64,000 nucleotides of DNA from Acidobacteriota bacterium (GTDB taxonomy: Bacteria > Acidobacteriota > Aminicenantia > UBA2199), in the NCBI GenBank assembly GCA_022711715.1, contig JAKLEC010000003.1, forward strand, positions 1,256-65,255. Direction: 5' to 3'. Shown piece after piece: positions 44,463 through 54,171 of this stretch (positions are counted from its first letter, which is position 1; every line of letters begins with the position of its first letter). Under the pieces are notes generated by a model. It made no database searches and had not been told where the DNA came from. It saw nothing but the letters and a program-made list of their open reading frames with translations. A program made the position numbers and the translations under genes.

Positions 44463-45172
44463 GCCGGGATCCCCGGGCGGAAGCGCCCAGCCGCTACGAA
44501 TTCGCGGCCCTGGAGTCGGCGCAGAATTACCGCGCCGCCCTGATTCGGGAATTCCGTTCCCATCTGCGCGGCCGGGTCCTGGAAGTCGGCGGCGGCGTGG
44601 GCCAGATCACCGGGCTTCTGCTGGCCGAGGCGGCGATCGACCACCTGCAGGTCGTTGAACCCGAGGCGGGCTTCGCCGCGCGCTTGCAGCGGAGTTTCCC
44701 CGGGCTCGATCTGGTCGAAGGAACGATCGCCGCCGTGCCCGCGGCCGAGACCTTCGACGCCCTGGTCAGCATCAACGTCCTCGAACACATCCAGAAGGAC
44801 GAACTCGAACTCGCGGCCTACCGGCAGCGCCTGGCGGCGCGGCGCGGCGCGCTCTGCCTGTTCGTTCCCGCGCGACCCGAACTCTACGGGAGCATCGACC
44901 GTGATTTCGGCCACTGCCGCCGCTATCGACTCAAAGAACTTCAATTAAAGCTCGAAACGGCTGGGTTTCAAATCGAAAGCCTATCCTATTTCAATTTTGC
45001 CGGTTATTTCGCCTGGTGGTGGAATTTCCGCCTGTGGCGCAGGCATGCGTTTGACCCCGCTGCGATACGCCTTTTCGACCGCTGCCTTTTCCCGTTGCAG
45101 CACGCATTCGAATCACGACTGCTACGCCCACCGCTCGGTCAGAGTTTGATCACCATCGCCGCAGCAAACTGA
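44459..45172 (+). CDS. Class I SAM-dependent methyltransferase
   Basis: VLEVGGGVGQ motif I and FDALVSINVLEHI. Confidence 0.75.
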   Translation: MSRDPRAEAPSRYEFAALESAQNYRAALIREFRSHLRGRVLEVGGGVGQITGLLLAEAAIDHLQVVEPEAGFAARLQRSFPGLDLVEGTIAAVPAAETFDALVSINVLEHIQKDELELAAYRQRLAARRGALCLFVPARPELYGSIDRDFGHCRRYRLKELQLKLETAGFQIESLSYFNFAGYFAWWWNFRLWRRHAFDPAAIRLFDRCLFPLQHAFESRLLRPPLGQSLITIAAAN

Positions 45173-45210
45173 TACCTTCTCCGATTCCCGTCAAGACCGA
45201 CAGCGGAGCA

Positions 45211-47043
45211 TCAATCTATGCGATACACGCACAATGCACCCCGGCGGAATTCCGGCGCCATAGTTCGCAAAAAGGACAGCAGCTTCACTTTTTCGGCTGC
45301 TGTTAATATCCGGTAGCGCCCCTGAAGGCGCTCTAGTTCGCTGAAATTGACCAACAAGTAGGCAAAACCATCGGTACGGATGGCGGCGACGAATCCAGTG
45401 GCGTCCTGCCCAGCGCTCAGGTACTTTTTCAAGATGCAATGGTCTAGGGCGGAGGAAAGCCGGTAGGGCCTCTTCAGGTAGAAGTTGCGGGCTTCGCCGG
45501 CGATCAGTATCTTCGCTCCTGGAGGTGCCTGGTGATTGAGATAAGAAAAGGCCGAGTAGGCCGGGAAAAAATGTTCCCGGTAACTTTCAGAATCATAGGT
45601 TCCGCTTAAGACAGAATGGGCCTGGTAAAATTTTTCCAGCATGGCGAACCCCATGATGAAATTCAAGACGATCAACAGGTAAAAGACCGTTTTGAGAAGT
45701 TTGCAGCCCGACGTTTCATACGCTCGCGCGGCAAAAATGGTCAGCACCACAAAAACAATGAAGATGAAGCGTAGGCTGGCCGTAAAGAACGGGGCGGCCG
45801 CAAGGGCGAGCATGGCCCACAAAAACCATCTCTTCTCCCGGACCGGTTCCAAAAGGAGAAAGGGAAGGAAGACCAGAAAAAATGGCCCGACCAGGCCGCC
45901 GTAGCCGTGGTTGAAAAAAGACAGGTCGTAGGGCAGGCGCAGCATGTCGGCCGGGGCGTGCACCATCTTTCCCACGTCGTCCTGAAGGATGCGAAAGCGG
46001 CCACCATCCCAAACATCGGAAGGAAAAATACTGTGGAGGAAAGGGAAGAACGGGTTGCCGGTAAAGCGATAATTCTTGATCAACAGCGGCGAAACGACCG
46101 ATAACACAATAAGCCCCGTGAGCAGCATTTTTTTTAAATCGTCTTTTCTCCAGGGCTTGAACGCGATTAGCACGAAGAGCGCCAGCGGCAGCAGGTTGAA
46201 ATACTTGATGCCCACAGCAAAGCCCCAGAATGCGGCCGACAGTTTCCAATCTCCATGCCGGAACCGCATGATCGCCAAAAAAATGAATATGGCGCCGGTC
46301 AGGTCATTTTTACACGTCGTAAGGAGAAAAAGGGTCATTGGCAGCGAAACCAGTGCCAGGATGAGGAGGATCTTTTTTTTGACTCCCCAATGTTCGACCG
46401 CTTCGTCGGCCACGCCCAGGACAAAGAGCGATCCCAGCAAAAAATGGAACAGCCGCGGCACCAGGTCGCCGAGGAAAACGGCGGGAATCAGCGATATTTC
46501 GTAATAGATGAATGTGTTCGCAAAAACGAACTGGGGAGTGGGGACGAAGCCTCCGCTTTGCAGGTAGAGGTTCGGGATCCCCAGGTGGTAGACCAGCGTA
46601 TCGTAAAACGAAGGAGGCAGGGCGGCATAGACCAAGGGCAGGAGGAAAACGCTGTACTCGGACAGAGGCCGTGAAAAGAATCTTCGCATGCCCTCCCGGC
46701 TCTCGCGCCGGCCCTGATGAACAAAAAAGCGCTCGATGAAGAGCACCAGGGAAACGGTGAAGAACGACAGGATGGTCCAAAGACCCAGGATCTTGAAAAA
46801 ACTCACCAAGTAAAAATATACCGTGGCCGCCATCAGCCCCAGGGCGGCCTTATCCATGATCCCGGCTTCCGGGACCCTGAACAGCCTGGCCAGACATTCA
46901 CCCAGGCCGATGAGGGCGGCCAGCAGCATCAGGGCACCCAGCAGCGGCAGGATGACATGCTGGCTATAATTAAAAAAGATCAGGTTCAGGGTAAGGATCA
47001 CAGCCGCGGCGGAGAGGATAGCGCGCAGGAACGGCTTGCTCAT
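45211..47043 (-). CDS. Large polytopic membrane protein, GT-C (ArnT/PMT)-like
   Basis: 610 aa starting MSKPFLRAILSAAAVILTL..., with many TM helices and a C-terminal soluble domain. The gene is AT-richer. The track ORF to 48606 is a fusion with a recN antisense shadow. Confidence 0.55.
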   Translation of the reverse strand: MSKPFLRAILSAAAVILTLNLIFFNYSQHVILPLLGALMLLAALIGLGECLARLFRVPEAGIMDKAALGLMAATVYFYLVSFFKILGLWTILSFFTVSLVLFIERFFVHQGRRESREGMRRFFSRPLSEYSVFLLPLVYAALPPSFYDTLVYHLGIPNLYLQSGGFVPTPQFVFANTFIYYEISLIPAVFLGDLVPRLFHFLLGSLFVLGVADEAVEHWGVKKKILLILALVSLPMTLFLLTTCKNDLTGAIFIFLAIMRFRHGDWKLSAAFWGFAVGIKYFNLLPLALFVLIAFKPWRKDDLKKMLLTGLIVLSVVSPLLIKNYRFTGNPFFPFLHSIFPSDVWDGGRFRILQDDVGKMVHAPADMLRLPYDLSFFNHGYGGLVGPFFLVFLPFLLLEPVREKRWFLWAMLALAAAPFFTASLRFIFIVFVVLTIFAARAYETSGCKLLKTVFYLLIVLNFIMGFAMLEKFYQAHSVLSGTYDSESYREHFFPAYSAFSYLNHQAPPGAKILIAGEARNFYLKRPYRLSSALDHCILKKYLSAGQDATGFVAAIRTDGFAYLLVNFSELERLQGRYRILTAAEKVKLLSFLRTMAPEFRRGALCVYRID

Positions 47044-47079
47044 GGCCGCAGTATAGCATGTTTTGCCAGGGCCGGCCAT

Positions 47080-47109
47080 TTGACTTCGCGACCGTTTTTC
47101 ACGTATAGT
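47080..47109 (+). promoter_or_regulatory. Sigma70-like promoter candidate for recN (TTGACT-18-TATAGT)
   Basis: TTGACT at 47080-47085 and TATAGT at 47104-47109. Confidence 0.4.
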
Positions 47110-47148
47110 GCCCAAGGCAGGGAACGCAAAACTTTCCCGCCCGACAAC

Positions 47149-48771
47149 ATGCTTTCCTATCTCAAGGTCGAGAACCTGGCGGTGGTGGAGAAGGTCGGAC
47201 TCGACTTCTCCCCGCGGTTGAACGTCCTGACCGGCGAGACCGGCGCCGGCAAGTCGATCCTCATCGACGCCGTCACCCTGCTGCTCAACAAGAAGGCGCC
47301 GGCCGCCCTGATCCGCGGCGGCGAGGAGAAGCTCACCGTCGAGGCGCTGTTCGCCAGCGGCGACGAGGAGACGGTGCTGCGCCGCGAGGTCACGCGCGGC
47401 AAGTCGCTGGCCTTCCGCGACGGCGAGCCGGTCCCCTTCGCCCGGGTGCAGGAGGCGGCCGAGGCGCGGCTCAACATTTACGGCCAGCGGGATCACGTCT
47501 TCCTGCTCAACGCCGCCAACCACCAGGCCTACCTCGACCGGTTCGCCGGCAACGGCGAGCTGCTGGGGGAGCTGGCCGAGCGCTGCCGCGCCGTGCGTGT
47601 CCTGCAGGCGCGGCGCAACGAGCTCCTGGAGAAGAAGCAGCAGGCCGGCGAGCGCCTGGACTACCTGGGGTTCCAGCTGCAGGAGATCGACGCCCTGGAC
47701 CTCAAGGAAGGCGACGAGGAGCGCTGGCAGGAGCGGCTGAAGATCCTCGCCGACGCCGAGACCATCCTGGAGAAGGCCCGCGCCCTGGTAGACGACCTGC
47801 ACCAGAAGGACGAGTCGGTCTACGGCGTGCTGGCCCGCTCCCTGCCGGCGGCCGAGTACCTCGCCGCCATGTTCCCCGACTTCGCCCCGCTCAAGGAGGA
47901 GATCGACCGCTTCTACGCCGCGCTGCCCGAGATCTCGGCCCAGCTGGACGCCCTCGCCGCCCGCGTCGAGTTCAACGAGGGAGAGTTGAACGAGACCGCG
48001 GAGAAGCTGTCGCGCCTGGAGCGGCTCAAGGCCAAGCACAAGCTGGACCTGCCGGGGCTGCTGCGCCGCGCCGAGCAGATGCGCGCCGAGCGCGACGGGC
48101 TGGTCAACCTGCAATTCGACCTGGCCGACGTGGAGCAGGAGATCGCCCGGGCGCTGGCCGAGTACCGGGCGCGGATGGAGCGGCTGCGCCAGGCGCGGCG
48201 CCAGGCCGCCGGGAAGCTGGGCCAGCTGGTGGTCAGGGAGCTGGCGCGGCTGGAGATGGCCAAGGCGCGCTTCGAGGCCCGCGTCGAGGAGGTCGAGCCC
48301 GACGCCGGCAACGTGGCCGAGGACGGCACCGACCGGCTCGAGTTCTACTTCAGCTCCAACCCCGGCCAGCCGCCGGGCAGGCTGAAGGACGTCGCCTCGG
48401 GCGGCGAACTGTCGCGGCTGATGCTGGTGCTGAAGTCGATCTCCGGCGACGAGCCGGGCGCCACCTTCATTTTCGACGAGATCGACGCCGGCATCGGCGG
48501 CAAGACCGCCGAGTTCGTCGGCGAGAAGCTGCGCCGGATCGCCGAGCGCAACCAGGTGATCTGCATCTCGCACCTGCCGCAGATCGCCCGCTTCGCCGAC
48601 CGCCACTTCCTCATCCGCAAGGAGGTGCGCGGCGGCCAGACCTTCAGCTCCGCCGCCGCGCTGGAGCGGAACGAGCGCGTGCGCGAGATCGCCCGGCTGA
48701 TGGCCGGCAGCGCCATCAACGCCGACGTGCTGAAGGCCGCCGAGCTGCTCCTGTCCCGCCGGCCGGAATGA
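47149..48771 (+). CDS. recN: DNA repair protein RecN
   Basis: MLSYLKVENLAVVEKVGLDFSPRLNVLTGETGAGKSILIDAV..., coiled coil, and C-terminal ...SGGELSRLMLVLK...FDEIDAGIGG. Confidence 0.92.
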   Translation: MLSYLKVENLAVVEKVGLDFSPRLNVLTGETGAGKSILIDAVTLLLNKKAPAALIRGGEEKLTVEALFASGDEETVLRREVTRGKSLAFRDGEPVPFARVQEAAEARLNIYGQRDHVFLLNAANHQAYLDRFAGNGELLGELAERCRAVRVLQARRNELLEKKQQAGERLDYLGFQLQEIDALDLKEGDEERWQERLKILADAETILEKARALVDDLHQKDESVYGVLARSLPAAEYLAAMFPDFAPLKEEIDRFYAALPEISAQLDALAARVEFNEGELNETAEKLSRLERLKAKHKLDLPGLLRRAEQMRAERDGLVNLQFDLADVEQEIARALAEYRARMERLRQARRQAAGKLGQLVVRELARLEMAKARFEARVEEVEPDAGNVAEDGTDRLEFYFSSNPGQPPGRLKDVASGGELSRLMLVLKSISGDEPGATFIFDEIDAGIGGKTAEFVGEKLRRIAERNQVICISHLPQIARFADRHFLIRKEVRGGQTFSSAAALERNERVREIARLMAGSAINADVLKAAELLLSRRPE

Positions 48772-50066
48772 CCTTCTTCATCAAGACCTTCGGCTGCCAG
48801 ATGAACGTCAACGACTCGGAGAAGATGCGCCACCTTCTCGTGCAGCGCGGGCTGGCCCCGGCCGCGGACGAGGAGCACGCCGACCTGCTGATCATCAACA
48901 GCTGCACCGTGCGCGCCCGGCCGCAGGAAAAGATCTTCTCTTACGCCGGCCGCTTCGGCCGCGGCCGCAAGGTGATCCTGGCCGGCTGCGTGGCCCAGGT
49001 CGAGAAGGAGGCGGCGTTGGCGCGCAAGGCGCGGGTGGACTACGTTGTGGGCACCCACCAGGTCCACCGCATCGGCGAGATCGCCGGCGAAATCCTCGCC
49101 GGCGGCCGGCCGGGGCTGGAGGTGGGCTTCAGCCGCCGCTGGCAGGAGCTGGTGCCCGCCGCAGGCGCCCGGAGCAGCGCCGTCACCGGCTTCGTGCCGG
49201 TCATGGAGGGCTGCGACAACTTCTGCTCCTACTGCATCGTCCCCTTCACCCGCGGCCGCGAGAAGCACCGCCCGCTGGCCGCCATCCTGCGCGAAGCCGA
49301 GGGGCTGGCCGCGGCCGGCTACAAGGAGATCGTGCTCTTGGGCCAGAACGTCAACCACTGGCGCGATCCTGGCTCCGGAGAGGGTTTTCCCGGGCTGCTG
49401 CGCCGCCTGTCCCGCCTCGGCGTCCCCTGGATCCGTTTCATCACCTCCTACCCCGGCTACCACGAGCCCGAGCTCGTCGCGGCCGTGGCCGAGTGCCGCG
49501 CCATCGCCCGCCACATCCATTTCCCGGCGCAGTCGGGATCGACGCGCGTGCTGCGGCGCATGAACCGCGCCTACACGCGCGAAGGCTACCTGCGCATTGT
49601 CGCCGCCTTCCGCACCGCCGTGCCGGGGATGAAGTTCAGCTCCGACTTCATCGTCGGCTTCCCGGGCGAGAGCGAGCGCGACTTCCGCCTGACCCTGTCG
49701 CTGCTGGAGCGGGTGGAGTACGAGTCGGTATTTTCCTTCGTCTATTCGCCGCGGCCGCGCACCCGGGCCGCCGCCTGGAAAACGGACGTGCCGGCGGCGA
49801 CAGCCAAGGCGCGGCTGGCCGAGCTGCAGGTAACTCAGGCGGCGATCCAGCTGCGCAACAACCTGCGACTGGTCGGCGCCGAGATCGACGTGCTGGTCTG
49901 CGAGCCGCACCCGCGCCAGGCGGGCGAAATGATCGGTCGCAGCGAGAGCTACCGCGTGGTCAATTTCGCCTCGCGCACCCCGGCGGGCGCGTTTACCCGG
50001 GTGCGCATCACCGGCGCCGGCCCCCATTCCCTGCGCGGGGAAGAGATCATCGTCCCTCATGCCTGA
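48768..50066 (+). CDS. miaB: tRNA-i6A37 methylthiotransferase MiaB (radical SAM MTTase)
   Basis: FIKTFGCQMNVNDSE (UPF0004), CDNFCSYC radical-SAM cluster and a C-terminal TRAM domain. Confidence 0.88.
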   Translation: MTFFIKTFGCQMNVNDSEKMRHLLVQRGLAPAADEEHADLLIINSCTVRARPQEKIFSYAGRFGRGRKVILAGCVAQVEKEAALARKARVDYVVGTHQVHRIGEIAGEILAGGRPGLEVGFSRRWQELVPAAGARSSAVTGFVPVMEGCDNFCSYCIVPFTRGREKHRPLAAILREAEGLAAAGYKEIVLLGQNVNHWRDPGSGEGFPGLLRRLSRLGVPWIRFITSYPGYHEPELVAAVAECRAIARHIHFPAQSGSTRVLRRMNRAYTREGYLRIVAAFRTAVPGMKFSSDFIVGFPGESERDFRLTLSLLERVEYESVFSFVYSPRPRTRAAAWKTDVPAATAKARLAELQVTQAAIQLRNNLRLVGAEIDVLVCEPHPRQAGEMIGRSESYRVVNFASRTPAGAFTRVRITGAGPHSLRGEEIIVPHA

Positions 50067-51525
50067 TCCGTCACCGTCCGGGGCTTCTCCCGGCAAAACG
50101 GCCGGCGCGCCCGTGCTGTACCCGTTCCTTTTCTCCCTGTATCCCGTGCTTTTCCTGTACGCACGCAACGTCCGCGAGGCCGCCTGGGAGCAGGTGCTGG
50201 CGGCCGGCACCGTTTCCCTGGCGATTGCCGCCGCCCTCTGGCTTCTGTCCGGCCTGGTCGTTGCCGGCAGGGGGAAGCGGGCGCTGCTTCTCTTTGTCTT
50301 TCTCCTGTTCTTTCATTCCTATGGAATCCTCTTCGACCTGTTCAAGGGGCTGCTGCCCGAAGGCTTGGGTCTCGTGCCGTCCCATCTGCTGGTCTTCATC
50401 CTGCCGGGCGGCATCTGGCTGGTCCTGCTGGTCCGGATCGCTCGCTCCAGGCGGGGTGTTGAGGCTGCCGGCCGGCTCCTGAGGGTGGCAGTGCTCTTCC
50501 TCCTGATCTGGACCGCTGTCAGGATCCTGTACATCCGGCTTCAGCCGTATCCCGATCCGGGGCTGGCCGGCCAACAGGAGGGAAGCGGCATCAGGGTCCC
50601 GCGCGCGGCGCTCCCCGACATCTACTGCATCATCCCGGATGAATACCCTTCCCCCGAAACCCTTCGTGACCGGCTCGGGCACGACCCGGCCGGCTTCGTC
50701 GCTTCCCTGCGGAGGCGGGGCTTTTTTGTCGCTGAAAAGAGCAGATCAAGGTTCGCCTGGACCGAGTTCGCCATTGCCGACCTGCTGAACTTCGGCCAAT
50801 TCAAGCAAGGTGACGATCCGTTCCTTGCCGTCCGCCGCAGCGCCGTCGTTTCCGCGCTGGACCGTCTGGGCTACCGCATCGTCGATTTCGCCTCCATCAG
50901 GCAGCTGGTCCTGCCCGGGACCGACCGCCGCTTTTTTTACGACATGGTCCACGCGTCGGTCTTTTTCGACGACTTCTACCGCGCCCTGTTCGAGAGGTCC
51001 CTGCTGCGCATCCTTCCTGACCTATGGAAGGATCGGGCAACCGACCTGATCCCCTATTACCGGCAGCGGGTCCTGCAGGTGTTTGCCGAGCTTCCCGGGG
51101 TGATCGGGGAAAAGGGACCCAAATTCGTCTTCGTCCATCTCTTTTCCCCGCACGAGCCGTTCGTGTTCGACCGGCGGGGCGGCCCGGTCGGTCCTGACCG
51201 CATTTGGGAGCGGAGCGATCCGCGCTATTACCTGGAGCAGTGCGCGTACGTGCAGAATCGCATCCTGGAGACCGTCGACCGGATTCTGGCGAACTCAGCA
51301 GTCCCGCCGGTGATCCTCCTGCAGTCAGACCACGGTTACCGCGGCTCCAGGCGCCCTGACCGGAACCGGATCCCCTACGGCGAATGGTTCAGCGTATTCA
51401 ATGCCCTCTATCTGCCCGGCATTTCCACGCACGCGATCGGCCGCAACCTGTCGCCGGCGAACAATTTCCGGCTGGTCTTCACCCACGCCCTGGGAACGGA
51501 ATACCCGCTGCTGCCCGATCCCTGA
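50059..51525 (+). CDS. Membrane-anchored alkaline-phosphatase-superfamily (sulfatase/LtaS-like) protein
   Basis: About 5 N-terminal TM helices, then ...IYCIIPDEYP...FVFVHLFSPHEPF...LLQSDHGYRG. Confidence 0.55.
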   Translation: MPDPSPSGASPGKTAGAPVLYPFLFSLYPVLFLYARNVREAAWEQVLAAGTVSLAIAAALWLLSGLVVAGRGKRALLLFVFLLFFHSYGILFDLFKGLLPEGLGLVPSHLLVFILPGGIWLVLLVRIARSRRGVEAAGRLLRVAVLFLLIWTAVRILYIRLQPYPDPGLAGQQEGSGIRVPRAALPDIYCIIPDEYPSPETLRDRLGHDPAGFVASLRRRGFFVAEKSRSRFAWTEFAIADLLNFGQFKQGDDPFLAVRRSAVVSALDRLGYRIVDFASIRQLVLPGTDRRFFYDMVHASVFFDDFYRALFERSLLRILPDLWKDRATDLIPYYRQRVLQVFAELPGVIGEKGPKFVFVHLFSPHEPFVFDRRGGPVGPDRIWERSDPRYYLEQCAYVQNRILETVDRILANSAVPPVILLQSDHGYRGSRRPDRNRIPYGEWFSVFNALYLPGISTHAIGRNLSPANNFRLVFTHALGTEYPLLPDP

Positions 51526-51543
51526 CGCTGCCCCCGGCGACGC

Positions 51544-51972
51544 TCAGGGGGCGACGATCCTGAGCGCGGGGACGATCTCGCAGCTCCCCTTCAGCATGGC
51601 CCAGACCGGGCAGATCGTCCCCTCGGCCATGGAAACCGCCTTCTGCAGGTCGGCCGGGGCCGCGTCGGGGGAGGACAGCGCGAACTCAATGTCGATGCGC
51701 TCGAAGCTCGTCGGGTGCCGGTCGCGGCGCTTCCCGGCGGCGCTCACCCTGAGGCCGGCGACCGTTTTGCCCATGCGCCGCAGCAGGGGCAGGATGGCCG
51801 TGCCGCTGCAGACGGCCAGGCTCAGCAGCAGCAGCTCCAGACCGGTGTAGCCCTGGCTGTCGCCGAGCGGCGGGAAATAGTCGGCACTCACCGGCGGCAG
51901 GCCGCGGGTGGAGCCGCTGAAGCGCACCTTGTCGTTGACCAGCTCGACGGCGATGGAAAGCGGGACGTCCAT
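51544..51972 (-). CDS. OsmC/Ohr-family protein
   Basis: 142 aa. ...GLELLLLSLAVCSG... and ...EGTICPVWAML... carry the two conserved Cys. Confidence 0.8.
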   Translation of the reverse strand: MDVPLSIAVELVNDKVRFSGSTRGLPPVSADYFPPLGDSQGYTGLELLLLSLAVCSGTAILPLLRRMGKTVAGLRVSAAGKRRDRHPTSFERIDIEFALSSPDAAPADLQKAVSMAEGTICPVWAMLKGSCEIVPALRIVAP

Positions 51973-51991
51973 GAGAACCTCCGGGAATGAT

Positions 51992-54037
51992 TTATGATCT
52001 CTTGCCCAGCAGGGCGACGAACTCGTCCTCGCTGACGACCGTCGCCTTCAATTTTTCGGCCTTGGCCAGCTTGGATCCGGGATGGGCGCCGGCCAGCAGA
52101 TGGGTGGTGCGCGAGGAGACGCTCTCGGCCACCCGCCCGCCGCGGCGGCGAATCTCCTCGGCGGCACGCTCGCGCGGCTCGAAGCGCGCGAACGAGCCGG
52201 TGATCACCCACACCTGGCCGGCGAAAGAGTCGTCCAGGCGGTCGGCGGCGTCCCCTTCGGCCCTGAATTTCAGCCCCGCCGCCCGCAGCCGGGCGATGAG
52301 ATCCAGGTTCTGCGGGTCGCGGAAATGGGCGACCAGCTGCCGCGCCGTGGTCTCGCCGACGCCATCGACGGCGGCGAAGGCCTGCCAGTCGTCGCGCGCG
52401 GCGGCGGCGATGATCGTGTCGATGTCGGCGAAGCCGTGGCCGATCAGGGCGGCGGCGACCGCAGCGGCCAGGTTTTCGAAGCCCAGCGAGGCCAGCACGC
52501 GCACGAAGGGCCGCTCCCTGCTCTTATCCACCCCCTCGCGGATACGGGCGATCTTGCGCTCCTTGAATCCCTCCTCGCCCTCCAGGCGCGAGTAGTCGAA
52601 GGAGTAGATGTCGGGGATGGTCCGCACCCAGCCCTTCTCGTACAGGAAGGCCAGGGTCTTCTCGCCCAGCGTCTCGATGTCCATCTGGTCCTTGGCGCAG
52701 AAATAGCCGAGTGCCCGCCGCCGCCGCTCGGGGCAGTCGAGGTTGCGGCAGAAGTGGTGGCCGCCCTCGCGCACCAGGGTCGAGCCGCAGAACGGGCAGA
52801 GCTCGGGCAGCTTGTAGACCGAAGGCCGCTTGGCGCTCTTCTCCAGCACCTCCTCCACGGCCGGGATGACGTCGCCGCGCTTGGAGATGCTGACCTGGTC
52901 GCCGATGCCCAGCTCCAGCATGTCGACGTAGTCCTGGTTGTGCAGCGTCGCCCGGGTGACGGTGCTGCCGGCCAGCGCGACCGGCTTCAGCACCGCCACC
53001 GGCGTGACGCGGCCGTTGCGCCCCACCTGCACCAGCACGTCCAGCAGCTCGGTGCGCGCCTGCGGCGCCTCGAACTTGTAGGCCATGGCCCAGCGCGGGT
53101 GGTGGGCGGTGAAGCCCAGCTCGCGGCGCATGGCCAGGTCGGTCAGCTTGATCACCAGGCCGTCGATGTCGTAAGGCACCCCGGCGCGGGCCGCCGCCCG
53201 CCGTCCCAGGTACTCCTCCACACCGGCCAGCGGCGCGGCATGGGCCTCGGGGAACAGGGCCAGCGCACGGCGCCGCCGCCCGTTGCCGTCGCAGAAAAAC
53301 CCCAGCCGCGGGTTGACGCGGAAGCCGAGCCCGCGCAGGCGGGCCAGGACCTCCAGGTGGTCGCCGCCGGACTCGCCGGCGAAGAAGCCCTCGTAGGCGA
53401 AGAAGTTCAGCGGCACGCGCGCGGTCAGCGCCGACTTGAGGTTGCGCAACGAGCCGGCGGCCAGGTTGCGCGGGTTGGCGTACTTCTCGGGCAGGGCGGC
53501 GTTGAAGCGGGCGAAGTCGGCGCGGGTGATGTAGACCTCGCCGCGCACGGCCAGGCTGCCGGGTTCGCCGACGCGCAGCGGCACCTGGCGGATGGTGCGC
53601 ACGTTGTCGCTGACGTCGTTGCCGGTCACGCCGTCGCCGCGCGTTAGCGCGCGGCTCAGCTCGCCGCCCTCGTAGTAGAGGACGATGGCGGCGCCGTCGA
53701 TCTTCTCCTCCACGGTGAAGGCCGCTCCTCCCGGGCAGGCGCCGGCGGTCTTGCGCAGCCATTGCGCCGCCTCGCCGGCGTCGTAGAGCTTGTCCAGGCT
53801 GAGCACCGGCACCGCGTGCGGCCGCTCGGGGAAGCTGCCGTCCAGGTCGGAGCCCACGCGGCGGCTGGGCGAGTTGGGGCTGGCATACTGAGGGTATTCC
53901 CGCTCCAGCCGCAGCAGCTCGTCCAGCTTGCGGTCGTACTCGGCGTCGCTGATCTCGGGGCGGGCCAGCACGTAGTAGAGGTGCTGGTGGCGCAGCAGCT
54001 CACCGGCCAGCCGCTCCATGCGTTTGCGGGGCTCCAT
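51992..54037 (-). CDS. ligA: NAD-dependent DNA ligase
   Basis: ...LLRHQHLYYVLARPEISDAEYD..., adenylation motif VEEKIDG, Zn finger CPFCGS...C, HhH and BRCT. Start at MEPRKR (54037). Confidence 0.95.
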   Translation of the reverse strand: MEPRKRMERLAGELLRHQHLYYVLARPEISDAEYDRKLDELLRLEREYPQYASPNSPSRRVGSDLDGSFPERPHAVPVLSLDKLYDAGEAAQWLRKTAGACPGGAAFTVEEKIDGAAIVLYYEGGELSRALTRGDGVTGNDVSDNVRTIRQVPLRVGEPGSLAVRGEVYITRADFARFNAALPEKYANPRNLAAGSLRNLKSALTARVPLNFFAYEGFFAGESGGDHLEVLARLRGLGFRVNPRLGFFCDGNGRRRRALALFPEAHAAPLAGVEEYLGRRAAARAGVPYDIDGLVIKLTDLAMRRELGFTAHHPRWAMAYKFEAPQARTELLDVLVQVGRNGRVTPVAVLKPVALAGSTVTRATLHNQDYVDMLELGIGDQVSISKRGDVIPAVEEVLEKSAKRPSVYKLPELCPFCGSTLVREGGHHFCRNLDCPERRRRALGYFCAKDQMDIETLGEKTLAFLYEKGWVRTIPDIYSFDYSRLEGEEGFKERKIARIREGVDKSRERPFVRVLASLGFENLAAAVAAALIGHGFADIDTIIAAAARDDWQAFAAVDGVGETTARQLVAHFRDPQNLDLIARLRAAGLKFRAEGDAADRLDDSFAGQVWVITGSFARFEPRERAAEEIRRRGGRVAESVSSRTTHLLAGAHPGSKLAKAEKLKATVVSEDEFVALLGKRS

Positions 54038-54106
54038 GGGCCCATTATAGGCAAAAGCGGCGGGTGAGTAAACGCCACGGGCGCCGGCGCCGATTTTCCC
54101 GGCAAT

Positions 54107-54135
54107 CTTGACAAAATGGAACAAAATTTATACTA
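54107..54135 (+). promoter_or_regulatory. Sigma70-like promoter (TTGACA-17-TACTAT)
   Basis: TTGACA at 54107-54112 and TACTAT at 54130-54135, upstream of the DUF4388 gene. Confidence 0.5.
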
Positions 54136-54171
54136 TTGTTCCTTGAAACGCTCCATGAAGAGAAACAAACC

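Noticed and set aside
45211-48606. 1131-aa minus-strand ORF
   Set aside because: It is a chimera. The C-terminal 610 aa (45211-47043) form a real hydrophobic membrane protein. The N-terminal ~520 aa are the antisense shadow of recN. The start was reset to the ATG at 47043.
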